A program made the position numbers and the translations under genes. Below the pieces are notes generated by a model. The model made no database searches. It saw nothing but the letters and a program-made list of their open reading frames with translations, and had not been told where the DNA came from. From contig JAQGDQ010002376.1 of the NCBI GenBank assembly GCA_030141605.1, forward strand, positions 292,422-356,421: DNA of 64,000 nt, read 5' to 3'. Of the stretch, positions 26,128 to 39,557 are shown in pieces (within the stretch, counting starts at the first letter, position 1; each line of letters starts with the position of its first letter). The DNA comes from Tubiluchus corallicola. Lineage: Eukaryota > Animalia > Priapulida.

Positions 26128-27618
26128 AACGTGGTAGAAATGTGTCAATAGCTTAATTATATGGCAAGGCTTGTGCTGCCTAAGTGTTCTGCCTACAGTG
26201 ACATGCACTTATTATATGAGAAAAACTCCAGGAAAGGACGAAAGGTGTAGGAAAGTGGAAAAGCTCGTTAATTCAAAGTTACCTGTGTACGTATTTCTTA
26301 CAAAATTGCTGATGCAGCTTCAACTCTGAATAAATGTTTTCTAGTGTCTTTTGTGAATGGATGCGTTTCACTGGCTTCTTCCAGTGGCAATATGTAAATT
26401 GTTAAAGGACCTGATGTGCATGTATTTGCACATACTGTAAATGGAGAATGATTTTTGTGCATTCGGTTGCTTCAGTGTTTGCCAGAATTCATGCAACAAA
26501 AGGACAAACACGTTCTGTTTTGCTTTAATTAGCCAAACAATTTAAGTGAATGATGCATGATTCAATTAGCATCTGCCGTTAGCGAACATACGTTTTACAT
26601 AGTAGGGTAGGACAACTAATGATAATTTCATACTGTTCTTGCGTCCTGTCCCATTGGGCAAAGTAATCAGATATCAGGCAATGCAAAAACCAAGTAAACT
26701 GATTTTTTGCCAGCAGCATTTCAAGCTTTGTTATTGACTGAAATTTAAATGCTAAATTATAACCGTACATGCCTTGTGACAACCTTAAATTATTTCCAAA
26801 CATCTGGACATTTCCCACTAAATTTCACAAGCAAAGTTATATTGCAAAGTTTTAAAGTAATAATAATTTGCCAATTAGATTGTCATGAGGATTTTGCAAA
26901 GAATCATATATACTAAGACAAAAATTTGTTGTTACAATAAAATGTCTTTTTAAAATTAATTGCTCCTAGTTCATGTTTTTCGCTGTGCTCATGTTTTCAG
27001 ATAAAGTTGCTTTCCTTTTACAGCCATCACACTACTGAGTGAAATCCATTTCACATGTACATTTTTAAATGCATCGGCAACATAACGCATCAAATACTAA
27101 TACTTGGTGCACATGCTGCAAAGTTTGTCTGTAACTTGATTTACCAACTTTGTCACACACTTAGATTTTGCTTAAATGTGCTCACACTCTGTCCCACACT
27201 CATCCTGCCATTGTGTGGGATTTTAGTACAATAGGTTGTTGCGGTGCATTTGTAAATTTTGTGTGAGACAGTTTGTTGCAGACAGACAGACTTTTTGCTA
27301 TGAGCAACTAGTATAAAACCATAAGACAAATTCAAATTTACTGTTTTCAATTTTCCGCATGTCTTACTAACAAAACTTCGTCTTGGATACAGAGTTGGCT
27401 TTAAGAACTCAGAGGTGACACAGTCTCTTCACTCGTAGATTCCTTATTCTCCCTTATCTTTTTTTTAATTATTTGCTTCCCCCTGTTTCTTTTCCCTTAT
27501 GCTCTCTTTCTCTGTTTCTGCTCCTTCTCCCTCCCCACTGATTCTTAATTTTGTATTTATCCCAGACATTCTAATTACAGAAGCAGAGTACCCAGATCCA
27601 GGACTTGTCAACCAGCTT

Positions 27619-27794
27619 AAGTGACGTTTACTAGACATCCGGAATGCGGCTGCATTATGCAGAATATGCTCCGTTTATCAGACTTGCGTTATGCATTATT
27701 TTTTCTGCAGCTGTTTCCTATAAATTTTTATGTACATAACAGTTCCGCAAGTGGATAACGCATATGCATCCTGGATGTCTGATAAATGCCACTT
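27619..27794. mobile_element. Short MITE or fold-back element between the PRPF3 and RanGAP1 3' ends
   Basis: AAGTGACGTTTACTAGACATCCGGAATGC is an imperfect inverted match to GCATCCTGGATGTCTGATAAATGCCACTT. Confidence 0.55.
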
Positions 27795-28450
27795 TAGTAT
27801 GTTATTACGAAGCTTAGAATTTATTATTATGACAAAAGATCAATAAAATGAATTTCACCCTTCCAATAAAGATAGGAAATTTCATTAATGACAGAATTTT
27901 ATCACAAGTTATGCATCACTATTACATTCGGCCTGCGAGAAGGTAATTTTAAGATGGCTTCAACTTAGAAGCTTGTGTATGTGTATAGTTAAGTACAGTA
28001 CAACAATAAGCTTACTGCTTTTTTGTTGGTGGATTTCACACTTTGCAGCAAAACTGGAATGTAACTATGCCTTACTTAGGATGCTTCTTCTGTAGAGGAA
28101 TAAAGTTGCAAGGTAATGCCACATGTGAATGACATTTCATTATAAATCATTAGACGCTGGTCATGATAGTGTTATTTCATATCATATTGTACGCTTTGTG
28201 CCTCCAGAACACTTGTATTTTCACCAAAAATGTACAACACCGGCAACACCACACTTGAGTCTCACCAAAGCATAAAGTTTTAAGCAGCTAAGCCCTTTAC
28301 ATTTAGAGATGAGTTGTTCACATTTGCACTTTTAAAATCCTGGAAGGAGAAATCGCACTGTTTATGTTGGCTCACTTGAGACGTTTTCTGCTGTAAGTTT
28401 AACTTGCATCGGCTTGCAAAGATAAATTGAAGGTGCAGAAGCTTGTGAAG

Positions 28451-31400
28451 TCAGTATTGATACAGTGTCTCTATCAAGCTGTGACGTTGTTTTGTGAATG
28501 CATCAAGAGTTTTTGAAGGCCTGCAAAAACCGCAACATAATTAATATAAGTGTGGTACGGTGGTAATATAACTATAGTATTAATATAAGTATGGCATTTG
28601 GTGGTATGTGCTAGCTTCACAACCCCATGCTATGCTTCAGCGAGTAAGCAACTTTGAGTTTATGCATTCAAGTTCACTACAGTTTAAGAAAAAAATGAGC
28701 CTTAATTTACTAAAAAATATACTCTATATTTTCTTACTCAATTTTGCTTATAAAGTGACATTAGTTTTTGACACAGAGCAGCTCCTTGCAAATAATTCCA
28801 TTGTGCTGACGCTACTACTGGTGGACTTCTATTAGCATTCATTATGATGTTAGACTGTATCACTAAAACCAACAAGACTGCCTACCTTCCCAGAAATGTT
28901 TGAAGAATTTCTCTGCTTGTCTTTGGATAATATGGTTGCTTAACGACGTGTTGCAGAACTGTTAGTGTTCCTTGTAGATTGACAACTGGTTGAAAATTTT
29001 TATCCTCGCTCTGCAAAAAGAAATGGTACAGCTCTATCTCTTCTAATAATTACTTAAATTGGTTGACTTCACCACAAGAATTCTGAGAGCCATTACACAT
29101 TCATTTGGGATGCTGTCAACAAGTATTTACTTCTTGAGTAGACCACGGGTTATTTGCAGCTTGGCATCATGGGTATATAATAAATATGTTATTAAATTCT
29201 TTGGAAGTGCTATGCTGTAATGATTGTTGTGGATGTATTTAATAAATAATAAATAAATGAAAAGTATAACAGTTTTGAGTTTTGACGACAATATTGTGAT
29301 TTGCTGAATGATATTGTGATACGCAAGACGTATTCATTAAATTCTCCATTTGAATCAAACTAAGAAAAACGAAAATAATGATTAGCCATGTACAAAGCTT
29401 CAGTATAAACATAGGAATTACAAATGACAGTCGTAAATTATTAAACTAAATCAGTACCTTTATTAAACCCAGATGCACTAACAATGAGTTCGAAAATAAC
29501 AAGCCATCTAGTTCCTGTTCTTGAAACGCTTTGCTAAACAGAACATCTGAAAACAGAAAAGCTGTTAATAGATTATAAACACATTGTAAAAAACTCAAGG
29601 CAGCCATTTTAAACAAAGAAAAACAGCTAACAAATAGCATAAAAAATGTAATGCCTTTATAGCCTCAATGATTTTACATTCTTATATAATATACAAAATA
29701 GAAAAAATATATAATCATTGAGACTGTAAAGGGTACTACGTTTTTTATGTTAAAGATGACAAGTCTCAGGAGAGCTCTCATATTTTCAGTCCTAACAAAT
29801 ACATTGTAAATAAGGTAATCAGTACTTCATAGACCCTGGTAACAAGAGAAGAAATTTTTGTTGGTTATGAAAAACGATTTCTTTCTAATTTAAACTCTAA
29901 TAAGTAAGAATAAATGATGAGAGAAACAAAAGGATAGAACAGTGTAGTAGATACCGTACAGGGTGCGTGGAGTCAGTAACCGAGACAAGATTGACTACCA
30001 TTTACTGGACAACAACAGTCAAACTGTCACCACCTGCAAAACTTAATTTAATCCAACGAGTAACAATAGACAGACGTATTTAAATGATCAAACAGGTTCA
30101 CTGACCTGTGGTATCAATGACAGCTTGATAAACATTTGGATCTGTCCCACCAGCTGTTGAAGACAATTTCATAAAAACTGAAACAACTGTGTCGGATTCG
30201 TCAAGTTTTTCCTGAAGCAGAAAAAATTGCTGAGTTAGGTGCCGAGAGAAAACTACTGCAGACAAAGTGCAAAGACTACCTACAGCACTAATTACATAGT
30301 TGTACGAACTATACAGTGGGTGCTTTAATTAATGAAATTAAATTTACAGAATCTATTACATTCTCCGAATTCTACTTTACAGAGCAAATTATATAGATTC
30401 TTGCGTTCTCATCATCCCAACACTGAGGCTTGTCTTTCTTTCATTAGCCTTATCATCGTTCATTCTATTCTTATAGTTCTACAGCAACATCGAACAGATC
30501 ATAACCAATTTGTCACACCCTTTCTCACACTCAGTTTTCAACAAGTTACATAACCGGCTCAGTTTTGTTGTTATCTATAGAGTAATTATTTTGTAATTGG
30601 TAATGGAATTCGTAAGTGATGAATTTACTTTCTGAAAGGCTTTAAAAGTTTTATTCTGTTAGCCAATTAGCATTTGATTAATTACCTGTATACTTGTTTA
30701 ATAAATATATAAATGTACTTGTGAATGTAAGGTTTCTTTCTCACTTAAAAATATACTTTAAACTAGTTACATAGTTGCTTTACCACTAAAACGCTAATTA
30801 CATTAACTCCATAGCTCTTTCATTACTAATACTAATAACTTGAAAATTTATGCAAGATTGCAAATAAAAAGTGAGAATTACAAAGATTTATAAAAAGCCA
30901 TGTATATGAGTATATTTGAGTGTGAAGTCGATGTGAATTAACCCGACTGCAGAAAACTGATTGGTTTACAAATGATAACTAAATGAACGTAATATTTTAG
31001 TATTTTTCATTATTTTGTAAGACATCATCACTTTTATGTGCATTATGTTAGAAGTTGACAGGTAAAACCTTTTCAGACAGTCATTTTGTGAACACTTAAA
31101 AAATTAAAAAAATTGTATAAATAACATCAGCTTGTGCAATAACTTTGAAGGTAATAATCCACCGTTTACTACCTAATAGAAAATTAAAAGATGGCATGCA
31201 TATAATAAACTATAAGCATCAGATCAAATCTGAATTAAATTTACAAACGTCTAAGATCCAAATAAACAAATTAAACATATGCTTGCATATTTGAAGTTGT
31301 TAATATACGACTGTGCTATATACAATTTTAAGTTTGATTCAACTTCAAAACTTTAGTGCATATAATTATAAACACATATCTTGATAGTTAATTCTAACTT

Positions 31401-34400
31401 GTCCACAATACCCACCATTGAGAATGCTAATTACACAGAACTATTATATAGATGCTGCACATAAAGCATGCAGCAGGAAACAGATTGACAATGATTTGAA
31501 TGCAAATCGAAAATTTGCAAGCAAAATTTTTACCTTTGTGATTTTTCATTAATTACACTGAAATTCAGGTTACTAATGAATTATGCAGATTCGGAATTGT
31601 TTTCAAATTGCATTATTTGAAAGAAATAAGGATATGAAATTTTACGCAGTGATCACAGAATATATTAAAACACACAATTATCAACTAATGTCTGTTCTGT
31701 TACAGAATTTGCATATAAAATATTGCATAAAAAATTAGATAACTAAAAATTGCTAGTCATAGTGACCTGATTGTACAACTGCAAAGTACTCAGTGTTTAA
31801 TAACTTACACCAATGTGATTGATGATCTTTTCCACACGATCATCTCCAAGACCCAGCAGTCGAGCAGCTGATGGTGACTTTAGGAATCTCTCCACAGTAC
31901 AAGACTCGGCTTGTACCTGTAATAAACAAAATTATATAATGCATCTCACTTAATACGAAGCTGCATTCATTACTTGCACATCTATGAGAAAATAGTTTGA
32001 AATTACAACTTTTAACTCAATCAATGTGAATAACAACATTAAGGATTAGTAGCAAGTGTGAATTGCTTTAGCGTCACTCTTTACTAGTATAGTCGAGTTG
32101 CCTTAGCGTCAGTTTTTTGGTAGTATGTGTAAATTGCCTGAGCATCAACTTTACTCATTAACTGCAGCATTAAGCTTGAAATCAGAGGCTGACACACACA
32201 CAAAAAACTACTATAAAACAGATCATAAATGCTCACTACAGCTTCCCATATGCAATATACATTTTGAAGTATGAATGAACATTTTGAATGACGAGAAAAT
32301 TTGTCATTTCAAAATATTTTGAAAATTTGAGTTACCACACTTATGTCTATGTAAATGTTCCCAGCAGTTTATCTTGGCTTAATCCAGTTTCGTATGTATA
32401 CGTTTTCCTTTTTGCAAATTAATAGGATGTAGAATAAACAATTCCAAACGTAAAGCATTTTTTCGTATATCCAAAAACTGCTATATGTTAACATTCCGGA
32501 TGGCTAAATTTTAAAACTGTTTCGAAAAGCAATCTTGTAAAAAGCATTTGTAAAACTGATACTTTTTCGCCTAAAGAAACATTGTTCAATGTGAGTATGA
32601 AGAATCAGGTTCAGAAAGCACTGGAGAAGACAGGGGGCCGGTTTCACACAGTCACTAAATTAATGTCATTACAATCACTAAACCAATTGTAAGACGTTGT
32701 TGACTTAGTAACGGCTTTATGAAGCTGAGCCTTTGTTGCTTGAAAACAAATATAGTATAAAGGTGAAAACAGAAAAAAACAGAATCAAGCTAAATACGAT
32801 AATACACGAGCATTATGATGTAGAAGTTTATTACAACTCAACTAATATACATGAGTTCAGGGACCTTCAGTCATGTAAATAAAGTGAGACAACAAAAAAT
32901 TTGTGTGCGGTAAGAGTATGTACGTACGTACGTTAATACTTTGGTGATACATTCTTAAAAATCATTAGATTTTTCTTTCTAGTATGCATATACACTTATG
33001 TATTTCATTATTCCCAAAAGCTACTATGCAAACATTGTTCAGTTATTTACAAATGCATTTATTTAAAAAATGCATAATTAAACTTAATAAAACCAAAATA
33101 TATTGTGTACTTACCTGACATTTTAAAAACAATTAAGAACATTTAAATTATTTACAGCTGGATAAACTAACTTTCTTCCATTACAGAGTAAGATGTTGGA
33201 AGTATAATAAAATGGTTGCTTCAGTATTCGGTATTCAAAATACTGCTTATTGATATTACAGTCTAAGGCAGGGCAAAGTGTACAACAATGATGCATTGCT
33301 ATCTATTAAATAATTGCAAACTTCCAGGCAGTGTAATTACATGTACTGAAATTCGTTAGAAATTTTGATTACCCGAGTTGCATAAAATTGTTGAAAAGAA
33401 GAAAAGGGTTTTATTTCTAACGTAATCTTAGAAATCAAAAAAGGCGCAATAAGTATATATGGCACTTGGAAATTGTTTGCTCTAGTTAAAAGATTTTACG
33501 ACATATACAGACTACTCTAGCTTTATTGGTGCGCTACATCTTAGTTAAGAGCAGTATGAAAACTACTAAACATGGCAATTTCTTTCCTCTAGAAATGACT
33601 AACTTGGCAAACATATACAAAATTTTCTGTACAGTAATCTGTTGAGCAATACCATATGTTACATAAATGTCCTAAGATTCAGAATTACTTTAGTTACTTT
33701 GATCACACAAATAAATACATAAAATCAGTCAACCAGTGTTTATATTTGGACAGAATGATTACGCTTTAAATTAAATTCAGTCAGTTCAAGCTTCATCATA
33801 TTTTCAACTTTTCCAGTGAAGCCGTAAGTGGGTCTTCGTGGCTTATTACCTGGAAAAGATGAAAATATAGCATAAGCCTGGACACTATAATTATATACAT
33901 GCTTTTTAATGCTTTAAATGAAATCTGGAAGACAGTACTTATATATATAAGCCAAAAAAGGGCAGAAACTGCTAATAAAGGAGCTAACGGGTAAGGGTTA
34001 ATAAAATCAATAATTTCTCTCATCAGGTCCACTAGGACAACTTTGTGCATGCATTACGAAGAAAAAACAAAACCTGAAGGCAGTCATGGAGAGTCAATTT
34101 AATGCCAGCATTAGTAAAACAAACAAATAAATTAAATAGGCCTTACCTCTCCACTTTGCTCTCTTTTTAATGGAGATGCATAGGATCTAACAGGAATTTC
34201 CTCAATTTCTTCCTCATCGTGATCAGAAACATTTTCGTCACTATAATTATCTTCCTGTTCCTCGTCTTCTGTATCTGGTGCACCTTCGTCATCGCTGGTG
34301 TAAAGTAATATGCAAAAAAAATGGAGTAAAGTAAAAAAATACATTAATAATAATTAATTAAGGAAATAATTAACAAATGCAAATACTTTTAACACTGAAA

Positions 34401-37400
34401 TGGAACTGTGAATGGAAAATCCTTTGAACACCCAGAACTCTAAATTTCATATAGTTTATAGTAGTTTATTCTACCATCCCAAGCAAATTACATTAGAAAA
34501 TATATTACATTATATTTTACATTATATATACATTATTTTCTAATGTATACATATAATTAGAAAATAATGTATATATAATGTAAAATATAATGTTACATAT
34601 ATATAATAACATCTTGTGTTGCAGAGTAGTCAGATGCTGAGACTTGTAAGTCTACTTGTAAGTCTGCATTATATGTGACTGCTGCAGAAAAAGTGAAAAT
34701 GAACTTAACAGGTAGAAGTTAATCAGAATAAGAATTACATAATTCTTTCTTTAGTTGCGCTTTAAATTTGTCAATAGTAGTTATTATCTTGTGAGATTGA
34801 TGCAACGTTGTTCTGCAGAAAGATAAATAATATTCATTGTGTCTTGTATTATAATTTGCACTGAGCCTGTCTTATAGAAGGAAGGGTATAGATTATTTTG
34901 TGAGAAGCTTGTAACAATAACAGCCAGGCAACATTCTACACATTAGTAATAATACATAACTAAGCTGTGCATTTTGTCTGCACTTACGATAAACTGGCTA
35001 ATACGTCAAGCCTTTCTACAGCCTCCATGATGGCAGTTAACAAATCTATTCCTTCGTCGCCAAAACAGTTTCCTGAAAAAGGTTACATGAACTGCATTAT
35101 TTCAGAAAAAGTTAAAAGAAAATGTTAGAAAAAGCTGGTAACAAACTTTTAAAATTTTATTTGAATTATGAAGCTACATTTTCCTAATGCAGATATGTTA
35201 CAAAGGCAAAAATATCGATGTCTGCAGGAATTTGCACGTTTCTTCAAAGTTGTATTACGAAAAGATGAAATTGTTAACAAAATGTAAAATCAAATCAGGA
35301 AAGACCAAAAAAGAAACAACTACAATAACCAATCAGTCATAGTTTTATATAATGTTAAACAAAATCAAAGCGATTCCAAACTTGTCAGCACAATGTTTTT
35401 TACTGCAGCTGTTTTAACAGAACTCTGCCTAGGAAGTAAGAAAAATCCACTTCTATAATGTGTTTACAAAATAATTCTCTAATGACTGCCATACATTATC
35501 TGGCCCTAAGAAACATTATCTGGCCCTAATATTGCAGGGCTGTGGAGTCAAAGCTATGACCATTAAGACTCAAATTCGGAGAACTTAAGCATAAGAAGAA
35601 GCCTAGCCCGAAGATTCACTTGGTAGTGATAAAATGCCACTGTAGCTAAATATTGAAAGTACTGCAAACTATTACTTAAAGGTAGGCGTCGGAGTTGGAC
35701 CTTCCAAAATTTTAAGAGTCAGAGTTGGGATTTCAACATACCAACTCCACAGTCCTGTCCTTTTGCTTCTCTGGGCAAAAAGCTGCCAGCAAAAAAGTAA
35801 CAAGAAAGTGCATTATAGCAAACAGCTCAACTCAACTCACCATTCAGATCTAACCTCTCAATCTTATCTTTATTCACCATGGCTTCAGCAATGGCTACAC
35901 CACCGGTCTGGTCAATTTCATTATAAGCCAAATTTATTTCTCGTAGATTTAAATGGCCTTCGGTTAGCGCCTCTGCAAGCACCGATGAACCGCCACCTCT
36001 CAGTAAACAATCACCCAAGTTTAGCACTTCCAGCGCTTGCATGTAAGACAAAGCCTAACGTAAATAAATAAGTAAATAATATATAAATAATCATAAATGA
36101 ACAAATAAATCATCAAGGCAGCAGATAATATGTGCTGAGAACACTTGAACAATTAGACATGACAATGAAAATTAAGGTAAACCATTACAGCCTAAACAGT
36201 GGAACACATAATTGAGTAGCCATTTATGATATCATTCTAAAAAATTCTATTATCACATCACCTTAGCCAGTTCTTTGGCACCTTTCTCCGTAAATGTGTT
36301 GTCGTTCATATTGAGAATTCGTAATTTTTTATTGCAGGAAAATGCATCGCAGAGTGCAGCAATACCAACGTGGTAGATACCATTCTGTGGCATAGAGATT
36401 TCTTCCAATGTCCCAATAGCCTTTATTGTACCATAAAAAATACATGTTAATATATAGAAATCATTATTCTGCAGTCAACCAAAAGAAATTCATGATTAGA
36501 ATCACAAGTTCACTTACACAAATAATAATGAAGTTAATTACAGCCTATAACTATAGTCACCCTAACTATCTTTCAAACAAAGAAAGCAACGTCACAAAGT
36601 GTTATAGAGGATATACAATCTAGAGTACTATAGAAGAGATACATAAATCAATATACAATCTGAGGTGACTATCTAACCTTAAAAGCTTCTGCTAGAGCCA
36701 TTGATCCTTCATTCTCTAATCGATTGCGCCCAGCGATAAAAACCTTCAGTGCTAGAGGACGTCCAGCTTCTGTGCTTTTTTCATGGCATTCTAATAATGC
36801 CTTTGATAAGACCTAAAAACAACGAAAATGATTCCATAAAGAAAGTCGATGTATTTTATGCAAACTATTACTAAATAAAATGCATCACATACATAATGTA
36901 TATTCATATACAATAGTGACCAGACGGCTTGAATTTACAACAATTGTTAAAAGTTAGAAAATTGCACAACAGTTTAAATAGACTCATTCATTAGGAATTT
37001 TAACCTTTAATATCATCTACCTATTAAAATTAAGACATAAAAACAGGTCTTTGGCAGTTTCCATTGCCACTACATGTTGGTCAAAGATCTGTCATATTGC
37101 ACAACGAAAATGGCAGCAGAAGGGATATCGAAATATCTGTTTTTGTGCTAATTTTACACATTGCAAATGGCAACAGAGACTGTCACAAGATCCGTTTTGT
37201 GTCTTAATTTTAATAGGTAATGTTAAAATGCAATTTGAATGTGTGTACTTATAAATGCATCGTGGTCTAGTACCATTCACATACCTTTCCTCCACTAATG
37301 CCTAATCCATTGTTATTAAACCGTAAGATCTCTAAAGAATATCCACTCTCGCTTTTTAGTAGTTCTACAATAGCATTGACGCCGTCGGCACCAAACGCAT

Positions 37401-39557
37401 TGTCACTAAGATCTAATTCAACCAGATGGGCTCCAGAGGCTATGATAGCACTACCTAGATCCCTCTACATACAATATAAAACAGCAATGATAAGATAATA
37501 CAATAGACACAGAAAAAATAATACAACTCAATGTCTTTCAAACTGTATGTTGTTTGTATGGACAAAATTACAAGTGAAATGCCAATCACTAGTTAAATTG
37601 CTAGTTACGGTCGAATCCCAGTAATATGATTCTGCTTAAAACGAAACTCTGGGGAGTACTACAAATTTATTATGTCCCTGCCAAGCTTATAATAAAACCT
37701 ATGAAATCACTTATGGTTAATACGAAACTCGTTATTGCAAAAACACCATTTATACAACACTTTCCCAAATTCCCGCCAATATAATTTTAATACAAATAAA
37801 TATTTTAATATGATTTCTGCTACGTCTTGCCCGTCTAGACTCTAGACACTCTTCAGCTGTTGGAACGGTAACCACCGCCACAAGTTTTTTACAACCATTA
37901 TGCATCATAATGCAACATTTTGCCAGAGAGAGTGCAAATTTAAATGACTTCATTACAAATTTACTTGCAAAACTGTAAAGTTACTGATTTCTATAAGACA
38001 GTAATAAAATGTGAGTGAGTTAATTACAACACATTTTTCCTTTGAAGGATTTTTTCGGGTTAAAATTTTTTACAATTTAAAAATTATTAATCACTGAAAT
38101 GAGTGTACAGACAACTACCTGCAGTCAAACTGTTGGTTTCCAAAATGCCTTCCCACTGTGATAAAAATTTGCCCTTATAGTTTAAAACTAGTTCTTCTAA
38201 CTGTCTGCCTTCCCTTCCCTTCGTTTGCATGTGTCCAATTGTAATACCATAGCAGCGGCTATAGTAAAGTTTTGTTGTGTAGGTGGCATTAACATTGTGA
38301 TGTCCAGTATATTATAGACTATACATTCATGGTATTAACATACCGAAGACTAACCAGAGTAACTGATTGGTAACACACTGAATCGTTGATACAATTTTGC
38401 AGTTTGTACTCATGCAAAACATGGGGGGGTAAAGAAGCTTAAATTATGCTGCCTGACAAAAGACCGATGAACAGATGTCATGTCCGTTAACTGCTATTTT
38501 GTATTAGAAGTAAAAACACGTGTAACAGATAGCACGAAACCCGCTTAATATGAGAAAATATTTTGGTTCCGTGAAAATCGTATTAACGGGATTCGACGTA
38601 CTGGCTTCTCAAATATGCACATTATTAAAGATTGGTACAAAAATAATCAAGGTTCTAAAATTTGTTGCTAATTACCTATATACAAAATGTGGCTACGAGC
38701 TGTATCTACATGTGTGGCTGTACAACACATGTAAGTAGCTTTGCTCTGTGTGTCCTCTTACAGACTTACACATCTTTATAATAAGTGCTAATTATGTAGT
38801 GTGTTTGTAGTTGTGTTGTATTGTGTTTTTTATTATTTTATGCTTTTTATATACTAACAAATATGGCACAAACTAAACTAAACTAAACTAATAGCTGTAA
38901 AAAACGATGACGATGACGATGATGACGACGACAACGACGACTTACACATCTTTATAATAAGTGCTGATTATGTAGTGTGTTAGTAGTTGTGTTGTATAGT
39001 GTTTTTTTATTATTTTATGCTTTTTATATACTAACAAATATGGCACAAACTAAACTAAACTAAAATAGGTTAATGCTAATAGCTGTAAAAATAATAACGA
39101 TGATGATGATGACAACAATGAGTTTAAATATTAAAGATTACCAGTGATGGTGGTATTTCTGATCGAAGTCGGCCTGTAAACATATCGCTCCACAGCGCCC
39201 TCTGGAATGTAGAATGTGATCTCAGTGCACCCGCAATTGCTTTTGCTGCATCTACGCCAACTGTGTTGCCCTCCAGTTTTAGTGCCTTCAATGAATGGCA
39301 TTCTCGAATTGCCTTAACAACTTCTTGAGCTAGAAACATCAACTATGATTCAAAATGAACTCACAAAAATAAGTCTGGTAAATTAATAACTGAATGTTAC
39401 AGGCCAGAACAAGACATCACTCTTACTCACCATCTTCGGCTGTGTCTAGTTTAAGTCCTCGACCGGAAAAACTAACAATTTCTGTATCAATGTCCACTGA
39501 TACTGTAGCGTGAGCCAACTGTTCTTCAAGGTCCTTCACTTCTGATTCAGCTGACAT
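28451..39557 (-). CDS. RANGAP1: Ran GTPase-activating protein 1 (~577 aa, long isoform)
   Basis: Exons 39557-39431, 39329-39142, 37464-37285, 36812-36678, 36420-36262, 36054-35841, 35072-34988, 34294-34147, 31916-31809, 30211-30106, 29546-29458, 29010-28886 and 28520-28451 are phase-consistent. Motifs: [64 protein letters not shown], an acidic tract and the SUMO site LGLIKSEDK. Confidence 0.96.
29637..29751. repeat. Imperfect long inverted repeat (MITE-like) in a RanGAP1 intron
   Basis: AGCATAAAAAATGTAATGCCTTTATAGCCTCAATGATT pairs imperfectly with AATCATTGAGACTGTAAAGGGTACTACGTTTTTTATGTT. Confidence 0.65.
32634..32731. mobile_element. ~100-bp MITE; second copy inverted at 45643-45749
   Basis: GGGCCGGTTTCACACAGTCACTAA...TTAGTAACGGCTTTATGAAGCTGAGCC; its reverse complement matches the element at 45643. 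Confidence 0.65.
33796..33849 (-). CDS. RANGAP1: Candidate alternative terminal exon of RanGAP1 (short isoform ~429 aa)
   Basis: Acceptor TTTTCATCTTTTCCAG, in phase 0 after the acidic exon; encodes [17 protein letters not shown] followed by TGATGA. Confidence 0.55.
   Translation of the reverse strand, partial: VISHEDPLTASLEKLKI
34507..34593. repeat. Perfect 38-bp AT-rich inverted repeat
   Basis: ACATTATATTTTACATTATATATACATTATTTTCTAAT (34507-34544), an 11-nt spacer, then the exact reverse complement (34556-34593). Confidence 0.85.
35535..35757. mobile_element. hAT-like MITE with GGAGTC subrepeats
   Basis: CAGGGCTGTGGAGTC ... AACTCCACAGTCCTG; no clear TSD. Confidence 0.6.
37608..38598. mobile_element. 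Tigger/pogo-like MITE
   Basis: TA|CGGTCGAATCCCAGTAATATG ... CGTATTAACGGGATTCGACG|TA. Confidence 0.6.
38763..39120. repeat. ~176-bp tandem duplication with (AAACT)n and (GAY)n microsatellites
   Basis: GACTTACACATCTTTATAATAAGTGCT... begins at 38763 and again at 38939. Confidence 0.85.
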
